Shown: piece by piece, positions 1 through 12,119 of the stretch
Position numbering within the stretch: the first letter of the stretch is position 1
Layout: the number at the start of each line of letters is the position of its first letter
Notes under the pieces: model-generated
Told to the model about the DNA's origin: nothing
Database searches by the model: none
Seen by the model: the letters and a program-made list of their open reading frames with translations, nothing else
Translations under genes and position numbers: made by a program
DNA from: Chiloscyllium plagiosum
Lineage: Eukaryota
Reading direction: 5' to 3'
Length of the DNA: 55,634 nucleotides
NCBI RefSeq assembly: GCF_004010195.1
Contig: NC_057754.1
Coordinates: 12,307,356-12,362,989 of the forward strand

Positions 1-429
1 GATCAGCCAGCTAGCACATTACATGTTTAAGATATATTGAAATTTCAAAGAATTAGGCAGCTTATCAAATAGACTCACACTGAGCCATTCAAGGTAGGAC
101 ATTAATAGTTTACATTTGTTTTGCCTAAATTTAGTTTCAAAATAAATTTAACTGAGATTATATGAATTGTGCACATGGCCTGGAGTACTGCAAGTGGTTT
201 CAAACATCTTTTAGAATGGACAAAAAAGAACTCCAACACATGAGATTCAAACGAAAATTAGCTCTCCAGATAATATAACTACTGAAACATTTATTGTCAA
301 TGAAACAAAACAAGCTCCTTAAGAAGTCCTGAGTCCGAAATTAATACAAGCTCTCAAATTCATTAAAACGGCACCAAAATAAATAGAGTCAAAAGTGTGT
401 CATGACACGGCAGTAAAGCTTACATCTAA

Positions 430-510
430 TTAGAGTCAGAGAGATGTACAGCATGGAAACAGACCCTTCGGTCCAACCCGTCCATGCCGACCAGATATCC
501 CAAACCCCCA
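430..510 (-). mobile_element. Short 3' end of a CR1/HER1-type LINE
   Basis: Sequence agagatgtacagcatggaaacagacccttcggtccaacccgtccatgccgaccagatatccc resembles the LINE 3' end at 47060-47130. Confidence 0.6.
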
Positions 511-689
511 TCTACCTCTCCTCTTAATCTGTTAAAGAATGAGTGGCAGATAACTCCACACATTCCACCAGTTATATAAAAAACAACCTCAACTTTATTC
601 TTTAACTCTAAAAGTGAATATTAAACAACAACTGTTTACTACTCTTAGCCTCCTTTCTTTTAAAGATTTGTTAACTATCTCCAACTCCT

Positions 690-1560
690 ATGTCTTTACG
701 ATCGATTGTAACTTTGAAAAGTTTCAAGAAGTTTGGTGTGGCTAAAACTGGTGCTTTGGTTAATACTACTTTTGAATTGTCAAATACCTTCTGGCATTGT
801 TCTCACCACTGAAATTTTCTGTTATTCTTCACCAAATCTGTTAACGCTGCTGAAGTTTGGAACAAACTTTGGGTAGAATCCACCTAGTCCCAAAAAACCG
901 TGTACCTCTTTTTCCGAGGTAGGTCCTGGAAATTCCTCGGTACCCTTCATCTTTGTTTTCCTTGAGGTCAACCTTCTGATATTAGGTCCCAAGAACGTCA
1001 CCACTGTTTTCGTGAATTCTATTTTCTTTAATTTCATTACCAGTTTTGCTTATCTTAATCGTTCACGTTATCTTTCCAGAACTCGCTACAGTTCACTGCA
1101 TCATCCAGATAGACAGCACGGATTGTCAGCCCAGCCACAACTCGGTTCCTGAGTCTTTGGAATGTAGCAGCTGCATTCTTCATTCTCACGGCATTACTTT
1201 GAATAGATAGAGCCCATCTGGGGTTACAAATACGGAAACTTATTTTGCCTTCTGTCATACGATACCTGCCAATAACCACGCAGTAAGTCCAAATTTGTGA
1301 TGCAACTGGCCTGTCAAACTTCCTCTACAGAGTCCTCCAATCCTGGTATTGGTTATGAGTCCAATTTAGTTACGGCGTTGACCGTCAGAATTTGGAACTA
1401 GCATGATCAGAACAGTCCACTCGCTCTGACTCGGTTCGAAGATATCTTCATTGAGCATCGCCTCCACAACCTGCTGGACCTTTGTGGCTATAAAAGAACT
1501 AAGATATAGGGGTGTTGTATTATCGGAACACCTTTCCCTGCTTCTCCCTTATGCACAATA
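690..1560 (-). pseudogene. Reverse transcriptase and RNase H start of Gypsy copy 1
   Basis: MKNAAATFQRLRNRVVAGLTIRAVYLDDAV (1055-1279); KEVHGFLGLGGFYPKFVPNFS (822-1037). Confidence 0.88.
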
Positions 1561-1799
1561 GCTTTAGTTCCCCATCTTATTTCTGAATATGTCCTCATAC
1601 TGCTGCAACAAATCTTTCAACTGTGTTCTTTCCTGCTGAGACTGATTGTTCACTATCCTATCCCACTCTGCAAGGACTTCTTCATTGTGTAATGTATTTT
1701 GAGGCACTTTAAACTCCACAACATCTGAATTTCATTTCACACTGTGTGGTAGTATCTAACACCTGTTTCTCCAATACCATCTCTCTAATAAAATATGGT

Positions 1800-2830
1800 T
1801 TCAACATATTCATGTGACATAACCGATATTTTTATTTTCTATCTGGCATTTTACCAGACAGTTTACGTGACTCAACTTTTTTCTCAATTTGTTAAGACGA
1901 CTAAACCTTCATTTGGAGGGATCTCCCACCATTGTTAACAATATTAATATGTCATCTTCTCAGGAAAATGTCCGAATTTCCGAGTTTATGTCTGCCACCT
2001 GTTTCATTCTATGCTGTTCCCTCTTCAAGTGCTGTTTAGCTAACTCATTTACCAGATTTAATCTTTCCCTCAACTCCAATAGGTGTTGCCAGTGTGATAT
2101 CTCTGAGTTCAGTCCTGTCAATTTCTCCTTAACTAATTTCAAAGGCCCTTTCACTTCATGTCCAAATATTAACATTAAGGGAGTAAACTCTACTGGCAAA
2201 CAACATAAATGGGTTACTTTTATCCCAATCATGCGGATAATTCTGACAATAAGATCTCTGCATGGTCTTCAGGGTCTGATGCCACCTTTCCAAAGCTCCT
2301 TGGGAATCAACATATTAAACACTTGATTTAAAGTACTGTATACCGAAGCTAACCATGACTTGAGCATCCGGCATAACAGTAAAGTTAGAACCTTGATCTG
2401 GCTGAATGTCTCTGTGTAGCCCAAAGCACGTGAAGAAAGCTACCAACTCCTCTGACCACTAACCTCTTTTTGCCTTAATGTTCTGTAATGGAATTGCCGC
2501 CAGAAATCTAGTACACTGATCCATCATTGTTCGCAAATACTGGGTTCCCACGTTCAGTTCTCGGGAGGGGACTTACACAATCAACCATAATCAGCGTGAA
2601 AAGAAATGAAATGTGGTAGTTGGCAGCAAAGTTGCAGTTGTCATTACTGCCTGTGGCTTACCTACCATTTCACACGTATGACATCTACAGCAAAACCTAA
2701 CCACGTCCTGGTACATTCTAAGCTAATAGACATGCTTTCGTACCTTAGCCTGAGTCTTCCAAACACTGGGTGACCTCGTACTGGTAGTTCATGTCCTACC
2801 CGTAACATTTCCTGACTGTATGCTACCAGC
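1800..2830 (-). pseudogene. Integrase remnant of Gypsy copy 1
   Basis: DIQPDQGSNF at about 2381-2410; FTPLMLIFGHEVKGPLKLVKEK in ORF 1960-2232. Confidence 0.85.
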
Positions 2831-3199
2831 AAACTTTCTTCTCTGCACTAACATGCTATGGTCTCCATTTTCGTCTTAGGTTTCTATCTACGAAATAATA
2901 AACCTGAGGAATATTCCACGTTACCTTTACTGAGTACGCATCAACATATTTATCTTTAATTTTCTAGTATATCTTTCATAAGTCCAGGAGCATTTCATAA
3001 TGAAACACGTCTGCCTGACCCTCTGCCTGATCAGGTCTTCTTCCTGCACTGTTACCTTAAACAGGGTGTCCACTAACTCAACCTTCACTCTTCCATCTTT
3101 CTCTTTAGTTTTTGCTTCGTGCTGTGATTTATGGTATTGAGATCTTTTTACGACATTGTCTGGAAAAATACCAGGATACTTGTTTTTAATCTCTTCAGT

Positions 3200-3500
3200 T
3201 CTCTAATCTTCCTTGGACATCTCCACAACCAAGGGTGTCACCCCCACATTTGATCCTGTTAAATCGTTCTGAAGAACAAACTGATTTTCTGAAACTGACA
3301 CTCTGTCAAACACCCCTACTGTTACTTTCAAAGTCTTGAGTTGGCACTCCAACTTGATTTTACATAAGAGAAATCTATATACCTGCCCATCTATCCCACA
3401 AATTACCAATTTCTCTCATAGCAGGTTCATAAAGAGTGCAAATACGTTCACTGCGTACAGGTTATAGCCTGTATCTCTCAAAATTATAACTTCTTGTCCT
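3200..3500 (-). pseudogene. Aspartic protease remnant of Gypsy copy 1
   Basis: Reverse complement of 3461-3490 translates VIILRDTGYN; ORF 3203-3409 continues the protease C-terminal half. Confidence 0.75.
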
Positions 3501-3559
3501 TCTCCCCCTGTTGTTTTCAAGTAAATTTTGCCTACAGAGGGGAATTTTTTTATAGAGAT

Positions 3560-5022
3560 CAGGCACTAACGCCATGCCCATCCCTGCCTAGACTGTGCAC
3601 TCTCCTGAAGCTCCTCGACTTTTCTTGATGTATTCCTTAATATTTTCATTAATACAACTGGCTTAGCAACTTTTAACACATCTTTTCCTACCATGCCTTT
3701 CTTAAACGACCAGCACTGGAACATTACGTAACCCACTTTACTACAGTAGAAACACATGGGGTCTTTCACATTCTTTTCACTCTCTTGGGCTTTTTTTTTA
3801 CACGTATTCTCTACTCTTTGTTTTGTAGCGTATGATCTCCGCTTCTCCCAGATTCACAGCATGAAATTCTTGCCAGAATCTAAAATTTGTCTTACGTACT
3901 AAAGTATATTAATCGGCTATTTCTGCTGTTTTTCTTACTTTTTGAAATTTCTGTTCATCATCTATGTAAGTGAGTTCTTAAACACCTCCAGTAGAATAAT
4001 CTCTCTTAGAGCCTCATCGGTCTGATCTATTTTTAAGGCCTGCACCCAGCTAAAATTACTATTTCCAATTCTTTCAAACTCAATACTGACCTGTTTCCTC
4101 TTTTATATTTCTGAAGCGCTGTCTGTACACTTCTGGCATAAAGTCATAAGCACTCAAAAATGGGCTGTTTGATATCTGCATAATCTATTGCCCCCTTCTC
4201 TGACAGCGCTGCAAATTCTTCAATACCTCTGCCTATCAGTTCATTCAGAACTAGCGTTACCCACATGTCCTCTGACAGCTCCAACTGCCTAGCCAATTTT
4301 TCATATGAAATAAAGGAGGCTTCAGTGTCTTTCTCATCAAAATGTGGCTGTGCTTTAACATATGTGTATATATCACTAATTTCTTTCTCCATCTCTATCC
4401 TTTTATCTTGAATTTGCTGACTAGGTCACATCTTCTGAAATTCAAAATCTCTGTCCGTTCTTTTTTGCTCTCTCTTTTCTCTTTCCCTATCGTCTCTCTT
4501 TCTTTATTCAACTCGGTATATTATCTCTTTTTCTTTATCCCTTCTCGTTCTTCTCTCTCTCTTTTTCTTTCCCCCTCCCTTTATTTATCTTCTTACAGAG
4601 TTGTGAGAGCATGGAATGCATTGTCAGCAGCAGTTGTGGAAGCAAGCTCATTGGGGACATTTAAAGACTACTGGACATGTATATGGTCACAGAAATTTGA
4701 GGGTGCATACATGAGGATCAGTGGTTGGCACAACATCGTTGGCTGAAGGGCCTGTTCTGTGCCGTACTGTTCTATGTTCTATGTTCTATGTTCCATTTTC
4801 CTCAACTGTAAAATACGCTTCTCTAACTCTAATGCACTTGTCTGTTTCCCTGCTTCAGTAACTCCTTTACAATATCAACTTTGCTTGTGTCCTTGGTTAA
4901 ATACAACTCTAACCTCTTTCCTAATTCTAAAAGGATGACTTTTCTTTTCTTGTTGAACTTACTTGGCAAATTTGGGAATAATCTTCAAACCCCAGACCCT
5001 CTTCAGCAATTTTCAGAGCCAT
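3560..5022 (-). pseudogene. gag: gag of Gypsy copy 1 (coiled coil, capsid/SCAN-like region, zinc knuckle)
   Basis: Starts MALKIAEEGLGFED. ORF 4144-4392 PHFDEKDTEASFISYEKLARQLELSEDMW; LREIILLEVFK near 3980-4010; ORF 3566-3769 CFYCSKVGYVMFQCW. Confidence 0.85.
4590..4793 (+). mobile_element. 5'-truncated HER1/CR1 LINE 3' end inserted in gag of Gypsy copy 1
   Basis: Close match to 26700-26898; ends in (TTCTATG)n. Confidence 0.85.
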
Positions 5023-5196
5023 TTCTCTCACTTTTCATTTAAGCAACTACAAGTAACCGAAATTGATCTCACCTACATCTTTTGTAAAGATCTAGGACAC
5101 GACGTGGAAAGTGTTCACATCTGCAGGGATCTTTCATAACCATAAATTATTCAAATCTGTTCAAATCTCAGACTGGAAGTGTCCAAACCTGTCCAA

Positions 5197-5213
5197 ATTC
5201 CGGACGACCCCCA
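5197..5213 (-). promoter_or_regulatory. Primer-binding site, tRNA-Pro type
   Basis: Minus strand reads TGGGGGTCGTCCGGAAT versus canonical tRNA-Pro PBS TGGGGGCTCGTCCGGGAT; 3 nt from the LTR end. Confidence 0.8.
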
Positions 5214-5216
5214 AAC

Positions 5217-5925
5217 TGTTACAACAAAGTTTAAGCTCCTCTGCTAATCAAACCAAACACACAGAAAACCTCACCTCGCCTCATAAACTGTGAAAGTGTG
5301 TGTGACAGAGAACTATGCCAAATTCTACTATTTAAAGAAAAATACTTAACTCCAAAATAGATCAACAAACAACAACTACTGACAATCCTAAGCCTCCACA
5401 GTTTCAAAGATTCGTTATCTACTTCACACTCTATAACAATATACTGATCCGATAAAGCCCCCATTTAAAATTACAGCAAATCAATTGTCCAACCCCAAAA
5501 AGAATGAAATAAATGTTCCATGCAGATCTCCCTGGACTGTCTTCGGTCTTCTGCTGCACAGATTTTTCATATGAAAGAAAGTACCTTGTACAGATTTTTC
5601 GGGCAGTCTGTCTGACAATGGCAGAAAGTGATCTTTCTCTGAATAACAGTCCAAAATGACTTTTTTTAATACCCCCAGACATCGGATCGTCTGATTGGTT
5701 TGATGTTGTCAAAGCATTAAAATTTATGTTTAATTCGATTTTCGGATGTTGGCGCATAATTTAAACTGATTGGTTAAATTCGAAATGCTGTAAAAACAAC
5801 AACGTATCTATGTCACTGCCCAAAATTTACATCTTTTAACGTCCCAGCACACTCCGTGACATGACAGGTGCTTGCCAGCTTTCATTCTCTCTTTAAGGTG
5901 CAGTAAATACCTTCAACTTCATAAC
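5217..5925 (-). repeat. 5' LTR of Gypsy copy 1
   Basis: On minus it begins about GTTATGAAG and ends ...TGTAACA just before the PBS. Homologous to 17870-18559, 26975-27165, 31225-31792 and 10385-10677. Confidence 0.8.
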
Positions 5926-5929
5926 TCTG

Positions 5930-7210
5930 TCAATCCCCTCAGAATCTTACATTTTTCTGTAAGGTCTTATCTCATTCTTCTGAATTCTAATTTTTACAGG
6001 CCTAGCCTGCTCAATCTCATCTCCCAAGAAAGTCCTCCCACGTATGTGATCAATCTCCAGAACGTTCAGTAAACTGTCTTTTCTAAATCAAGGGGGCAAG
6101 TGGTTAGCACTGCTGCCTCACAGCGCCAGAGACCCGGGTTCAATTTCCGCCTCAGGTGACTGACTGTGTGGAGTTTGCACGTTCTCCCCGTGTCTGCGTG
6201 GGTTTCCTCCGGGTGCTCCGGTTTCCTCGCACAGTCCAATGATGTGCAAGTCAGGTGAATTGGCCATGCTAAATTGCCCGTAGTGTTAGGTAAGGGGTAA
6301 ATGTAGGGGTATGGGTGGGTTGCGCTTCAGCGGGGCGTTGTGGACTTGTTGGGCCGAAGGGCCTGTTTCCATACTGTAATGTAATCTGTAAAAGCTGTTC
6401 ATAATATTCCAAGTCTGATCCGATTCATATAATGTATACTTTGAGCAAAACTTCCAGTTTTTGTCGCCCATTCCCTTTACGAAAAGGCAACTGACTCTAC
6501 CTTCCTGATTACCCGCTGAGTCTGAATGCGAGATTTTCAACTTTCAAGCACATATCCCACAATTCTCTCTCTGCTGCAGCTTTTTGCAGTGGTTTTCCCC
6601 TGTTAAATAACATTTACCTCTCCCAGAATCCCTGTCAAAATGAACAAACCTCATTTTTTCCCACAATGTATTCTGCTAAGTTTATGTCCACTTACTTACG
6701 CTCTTTTCTATCTTTCTGTAGTTTTGTTATGCATCCTAACTACTTGCCTCCATCGATTGTGTGTCATCTGCAAAGTTGACAATAACACATTCATCTGGAT
6801 GACAGAAGTGATTAATAAATATTGTCAATAAGTGTAGCTCCAGTATTGACCTCTGCAAGCCATCATAAAGATGCTGTACTTGTCTCTACTGTTTTCAAAA
6901 TTCCCAATCCTTGATCAATATCCTTAACTAATATATACTCGCAACTGTGTGGAATCATGGGATTTTAAAACATAAATTAATCTCATATGCAGCACTTTAC
7001 TGAATGTATGTTGGAAATCGAAACATAAATCATCTGTATGATTCCACATTATCAATCCTGTTTCTACTTTCTCCAAGTATTTGATTAAAAGTTTCAGGTA
7101 TGATTGTCCCTTAACAAGAACGTTCTGACGATTCTCAATTCTATGTCATCTTTCTAAATGTACTGTTGTTCCAGTTTCTATAATAAACTCTTAAATTTTC
7201 CCACTGACAG
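5930..7210 (-). mobile_element. Old CR1-type LINE ORF2 fragment, interrupted by an HE1 SINE
   Basis: Degenerate RT-region signatures on minus, e.g. gtgtcatctgcaaagtt (FADD region). Confidence 0.55.
6092..6388 (+). mobile_element. HE1-type tRNA-derived SINE
   Basis: A-box-like tggttagcactgctgcctcacagcgcc, B box gggttcaatt, conserved body, LINE-derived tail gggccgaagggcctgtttcc. Confidence 0.9.
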
Positions 7211-7844
7211 CGGAATTCGAGAAGAGCGATGAATTAATCTGGTAGTGTGTGGTGCTCAGCACTCAGAAAACGTTGTGATGAAAGATAACAATTATTATGA
7301 AAAAAATCAACTTGCCAGCCGGCCTGGTCGTAGAGATTCTGGTCTCCATGGGATGATAGAGTTTGGAGGAGGTGCAGAGAAGACAGAGGCCTGGAGGAAG
7401 GACAAGATGTATGAGACGGTTTTTTTTAATGTACTGATAGCTCAATCATACCTTGAGCATAGCCTCCCAAACCTGTCAATTTCATTTTCATGTTGGACTC
7501 GGGGAACAGGTGTATGTGAGCATTAGCACCCTGTGTCTCCCTCCAAATCATATGACTTCCCAGTTACAAATGCCTATATTTAAATGTATCGCTCGCTCTA
7601 GTAACTGCCTGAACCAGACTCTTCACTGTGTTGTTGCATTGATAGACCTGGAGTTCAGCTCTCAAACGTAGAGTCACATACTCACCGGGATATTTTAATG
7701 TCATGGCCCATCTCCAGCAAAGTCTCAGCTCCCATGTGCTGAGAATATCAACCAGTCATTTGCCTCTTGAGCATGGAGGATGTCTTTTTCAGTATGAAAT
7801 AATTAAAATCAAATTATGTAGTAACTTACTAAAATAGAGAAGCC

Positions 7845-9830
7845 GGACCAGGCGAGTGTCATAACTGCATTATGTGGGAACTGATATACCACATTGTGGT
7901 GCATAGTGATATCATCGGTAGCAAGTTGCTTGAGGAAATCCTGCTCAGATTGATGAGCTGGAGCCTGAGCTCCGAGCACTGTTACATCCCAGGGAACGAG
8001 AAAGGTTACCTGGATACTCTGTTTCAGGAGGCAGTCACATGCCTTAGATAATTATGTCAAATTCGGTCGGAGGTCAGGAAAAGAACGGTGTGACCAAGAG
8101 TGCAGCAGATAGAGGGAATAAAAGGTTAGTGCTGAAGGACCCGCAGCCTTCCAGCTTGTCTAACTGGGTTGAGATTCTTGCGACCTGTGTGGACGAGTGT
8201 AGAGGCTGTGGGGAGAATGAGTAAACTGACCACAGCACTGTTTTAGAGGCAGCCATTCAAGAGCAGGGAGAAAAGGAAAATGTAGTTTTAATCGTTGATA
8301 ACGTAGTCAGGGAAATAGAGACACTTCTCTGTTGCTAGAGTAGAGAGCCCCGAAGTCTATGCTGCCTTTCCTGATGCCTATACTTAGGAAGCCCATCTGG
8401 GCTGCAGAGCAATGACCCAGATGTTTATGTAGACAGAATGAATGATAAAGTGTCTGCTGAAGGAATCTGAGCATCTCTGGGCGAAATAAAAGAAAAACAA
8501 AACCAAGAAGACAATCATTTCTGGATTACTACCTGAACCATAAACAAATTTGAAAAGGGTCTGCAAGGTGAAATAAGTAAATTACGGGGCTGAAAGATTG
8601 AGGTGGAAAAACAGGTTTCAATCTATTGGATATTAGTGTCAGTACTGGAGAAGGACGGAAATGATCTGATAGAACAGGGCCCACCTGAATGATTCTGGGA
8701 TAAGTGTCCTGGAGAATGTCATAACTGGGGTCTAAAGAAAGACCTATAAACTAAACCATTGTGGTTGGTTTCAGCTGCATGGAAGATTGGGGAAAAAAAA
8801 TAAGAGCGCTCAGCACAAGTTAAATATTCCACAATTAGTGATAGGATTGAAAGTATGGAAGCGATCCGTAATCTAACATCAGATACAGCATATAAAGGGA
8901 CAACTTTGGGAAAAGGAGCAGTTAACATAGGACTGAGGGTGCTGTACCTAATTGCACGCAGCATACGAAACTAAGTAAATAGGGCAGAGTCGGCGTGGCA
9001 TCATCAAGGGGATGTTATGCCTGTTGCATCTGTTACATTTTTTAGAGGGGGTAACAAAACCTTTCAGCAAAAAGAGTCAGAGGACGTGATCTATTTGAAT
9101 TTCTGAAAGACTGTGGTAAGGTACTGCACAGAGGCTTCTAAATAAGATCGTGTGAGTATCAAGGTAGAGGATTATCTGTTTGGCAGAAGGAAGAGAGTTA
9201 GGGTAAAGTAGTCTCGTGGACTTCGACGGGAGTCAGTGCTGGCACCAAAACTATTCATGCTATGCATTAAAAATCGGCACAAAGGAAGTAAGGGCATTGT
9301 TGCCACGTTTGCAGATGAGGGAATAAGTGGAGGCGCAGGTAGTGATAAGAAAATGGGAGGATGCAGAAGGATTTGGATAGGATGTGAGAATGCACAAAGA
9401 AGTGGAAATTGGAATATAATGTGGGAATCTATGAGATTATGTCCTTTGTTGGAAAGATTAAAGTGCTCTTCGTTTCCTAAACAGGAGAAGGCTTCAGAAT
9501 TCTGAAGGGCCAGGGACTTTGCGAGTCCTAGTTAAGAAATTCCCTTACGGTTAACAGGCATGTTCAGTCGGCAGATCAGAAGGCAAATATCATTTTAACA
9601 TTTATTTCAAGAATGCTATAATACAAGAGCAAAGATGTACTGCTGAGACGATATCACCTCTGATTAGATTGCTTTTGGAATAGTGTGAACAGTTTTGGGC
9701 CCTTCTAAGAAGAGTGTGCTGAGGTTGGTTGGGAGCCCAAAGTGGGTTTGCAAGAATGTTCGTACATTGAAGCGCTTTTCATAAGAATAGCAGTTGAAAA
9801 CTCTTATTCTGTATGCAATAGAGTTTAGAA
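7845..9830 (+). mobile_element. Decayed CR1 LINE with ORF1 (zinc finger plus esterase-like domain) and internally deleted ORF2
   Basis: CHNCIMWE-like start; IDELEPEL; TIISGLLPEP; ORF2 start LRVLYLIARSIRN near 8933; RT ATFADE (9236-9505). Confidence 0.7.
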
Positions 9831-9859
9831 CTATGTGGGTTGAAGGAAGAATAGAAAGA

Positions 9860-10280
9860 GAGGAAAAACAGAAGGTGGAGTGCTATTTTTGATTAAGGAA
9901 CACATTGCTCCTGAAATTTGAAGAAATATTTTGGAGAAATAAAAACATTCAGTGAAAGCATGTGGTTTGAAATAAGAAAGTAATTATCACCTTGACTGGA
10001 GTGTATTGTAAGTCCCAAAATAATCAGATGGGAACTCAGGATCAAATTTCTGATATATTTAAAAATAATAAGTTTGTAACAGTAGGTGATTTTAATTTTC
10101 CAAACGTGGACTGGGACTACCATTGTGTTAAAGGCTTGGATAGAGAAGGGTTTGTTAAATAACTTCAAGTAAATGTCTTAATTAACATTTAAGTGTTCCT
10201 TCAAGAAAAAGAGCAAAACTTGGCCTTCTCTTGGGTAATAAGGCAGGGCAAGTGACTGAAGTAACACTAAGGGAACATGT
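9860..10280 (+). mobile_element. CR1 endonuclease fragment
   Basis: ggtgattttaattttccaaacgtggactgg translates GDFNFPNVDW. Confidence 0.6.
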
Positions 10281-10384
10281 CTGATAACTTTCTCCAAATC
10301 CAATCAAAAACCTTTCTACCTCTGTTTAAAATATACTCAATTATCCAGTCTTCACAGCTCTTTCAATTTTTAAAACGTTCGTAT

Positions 10385-10677
10385 CTTTTATACTCCCAAC
10401 ATTAGATCGTCTCATTGGTTCGATGTTGGCAAAACAATAAATTCAAATTCATTTGGGTTTTATTATCCTGGGAAATAGATTAAACTGATGTTTAAATTCG
10501 ATTTGTTGTCAGAAAAGCAACCAACTCAGTTATCCATTTTACAGCCAAATGTTACATATTTTCAATTTTCCAGTACACTCTGGGATGGCTAACTAGTCAT
10601 ATATACCGATGCTTCTCAGTTCAGAACAACATTCATTCTTCCTTAAATGGTCATCACACGCCTTCAGCTTCATAACA
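10385..10677 (-). repeat. Partial LTR of the Gmr1-like family
   Basis: Homologous to 5660-5925; ends cttcataaca (TGTTATGAAG on minus). Confidence 0.7.
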
Positions 10678-10679
10678 CT

Positions 10680-11150
10680 GTACCCTGTGTCCGAATGTTC
10701 TGTCATTGGAAACATTTCCCAAGATCCACTCTGTCCAGGATTTTCAGCATTTTATTTGTTTTAATTCGATTGCCCCCTCATTCTTCCACGAGCATTATCC
10801 CAGAGTCCACAAACCTTCCTCATGTGTTAAGTCTTTCATTCCTGGGATCATTCTTGTGAAACTCCAGGAGACATGCTCCAGGGTCAGGACATTTCTACTG
10901 AAGTATGGGGAACAATATTGTCCACAATATTCTCAAAGTGGTCTAACCGGAGCTTTAATATTCCCGTCCTCTCTCGATGAATGAAAACATTGTATCTGCT
11001 TTCCAAACCACAGACTCAACCTGCAAGTTTACTTTAAGAGAAACTTGGACTAGGATTCTCAAGTCCCTTGGTGATACAGATTTTTAAATAGGGCGAAAAT
11101 TCAGAAAATAGCCCATGCCTTCATTCTTCCTACCCAAGCGCATGACCAGT
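10680..11150 (-). mobile_element. CR1 LINE 3' ORF2 fragment
   Basis: gttagaccactttgagaatattgtggacaatattg on minus (VRPHLEYC-like region). Confidence 0.55.
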
Positions 11151-12070
11151 TAGATTGAAAGGTAAGTCTAGTATTATTAGGGAACAAAGGACGAACATTA
11201 AGGCGCTGAAGAAGAATGAAAAGAATTATATATTAGCTAAAGGCAAATGGGTTCCCATCAATCTATTGTAGGGGCTTTCGTAAGAAGGAGATCAGGAATA
11301 CAGAGAGGGGATTTTTGATAATCTAATCTGCCAAGACTAAGGATAAGCCAAAGCGAGTCTACATACATACAGGGCAAGAGAGAAATTAGAAAGAGAGAGT
11401 TGGACACCTTAAGAATCAAGTGGCTGTCTTTACGTTGAAACTTAACTCTCTGGAAGATATATTAAATTAATATCACTTTTTTATTGTGGCGAAACTTAGC
11501 CCAAATGTTCGCTTTCCTGGTATGAACTCGAACAGCTCCTGTTGCCAAACTATTTGACCAGAGGCCAAAGAAATGGAAACTAGGTGATGTTGCTAGTGGA
11601 TGGATTAATTTTCTATTCCGTGTGGTTTAATGCTACACTTACAGTCTTTCTGTTCCTAGGCTTAGAGGGTTTGTGTTTTGAAGAAAGACTGGATGGGTTG
11701 GAACATTCACTGGAGGTGATGGGAAATTTATGGAGGTTTATAAACTCAAGAGGCTTATAACAAATTCACGAGGTGAATATCAAAGGACGTTTCCCTTGGA
11801 TAAGAAAGTCCAAAACTCGCGGGTATACTGTTTAAGGTGAGAGAAAAAAAAAAGATTTGAAAGGTAACCAAGGGGGCAAACTTTTCACACATTGGGTCAT
11901 TTGTATGTGGAATGAACTGCCAGAGCAAATGGTGGGCGCAGATGCTCTTACAATATTTAAAATAAATTTGGGCATATACATGAATAGGGAAGGTTTAGAA
12001 GGATGTGGCACAAATATAAGCAAGTGGGACGAGTTTGGTTTGGCAAACTTGGTTGCCAAGTACAAGCTAG
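11150..12070 (+). mobile_element. CR1 LINE fragments including a 3' end
   Basis: WNELPEQMVGAD...FK motif in ORF 11857-12108, typical of CR1 3' ends. Confidence 0.55.
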
Positions 12071-12119
12071 ACTTGAAGATGGCTAAAGAATGCAACTCAA
12101 GGAAATAAATACTAATGTT

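Larger units (their letters stand above)
690..5925 (-). mobile_element. Gmr1-like Ty3/Gypsy LTR retrotransposon, copy 1 (decayed, 3' truncated in RNase H)
   Basis: On the minus strand: 5' LTR 5217-5925, PBS, gag ATG at 5022, SCAN-like region, CCHC-like knuckle, protease ILRDTG, integrase QPDQGSNF, RT YLDD, then the RNase H start (APVLATPNF). Many stops and frameshifts. Confidence 0.9.

Noticed and set aside
1..410. Possible LTR end (…tcatgaca at about 407)
   Set aside because: No partner copy, PBS or PPT could be identified in the window.
1889..2326. 145-aa plus-strand ORF and similar antisense ORFs (25925-26378, 50640-50963)
   Set aside because: Shadow ORFs opposite integrase or RT coding remnants; no independent motif.
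4342..4746. Hydrophobic 134-aa ORF resembling a membrane protein
   Set aside because: It is the antisense of the GA-rich gag coiled-coil region fused to a LINE tail.
6092..6170. tRNA-like A/B boxes (also at 17000, 18943, 22781, 33095 and 47760)
   Set aside because: These are SINE heads continuing into the HE1 body and LINE-derived tail, not tRNA genes.
7220..7790. Possible Tx1/RTE-like LINE remnants (also 43020-43440)
   Set aside because: Similarity is too faint to support without a database search.
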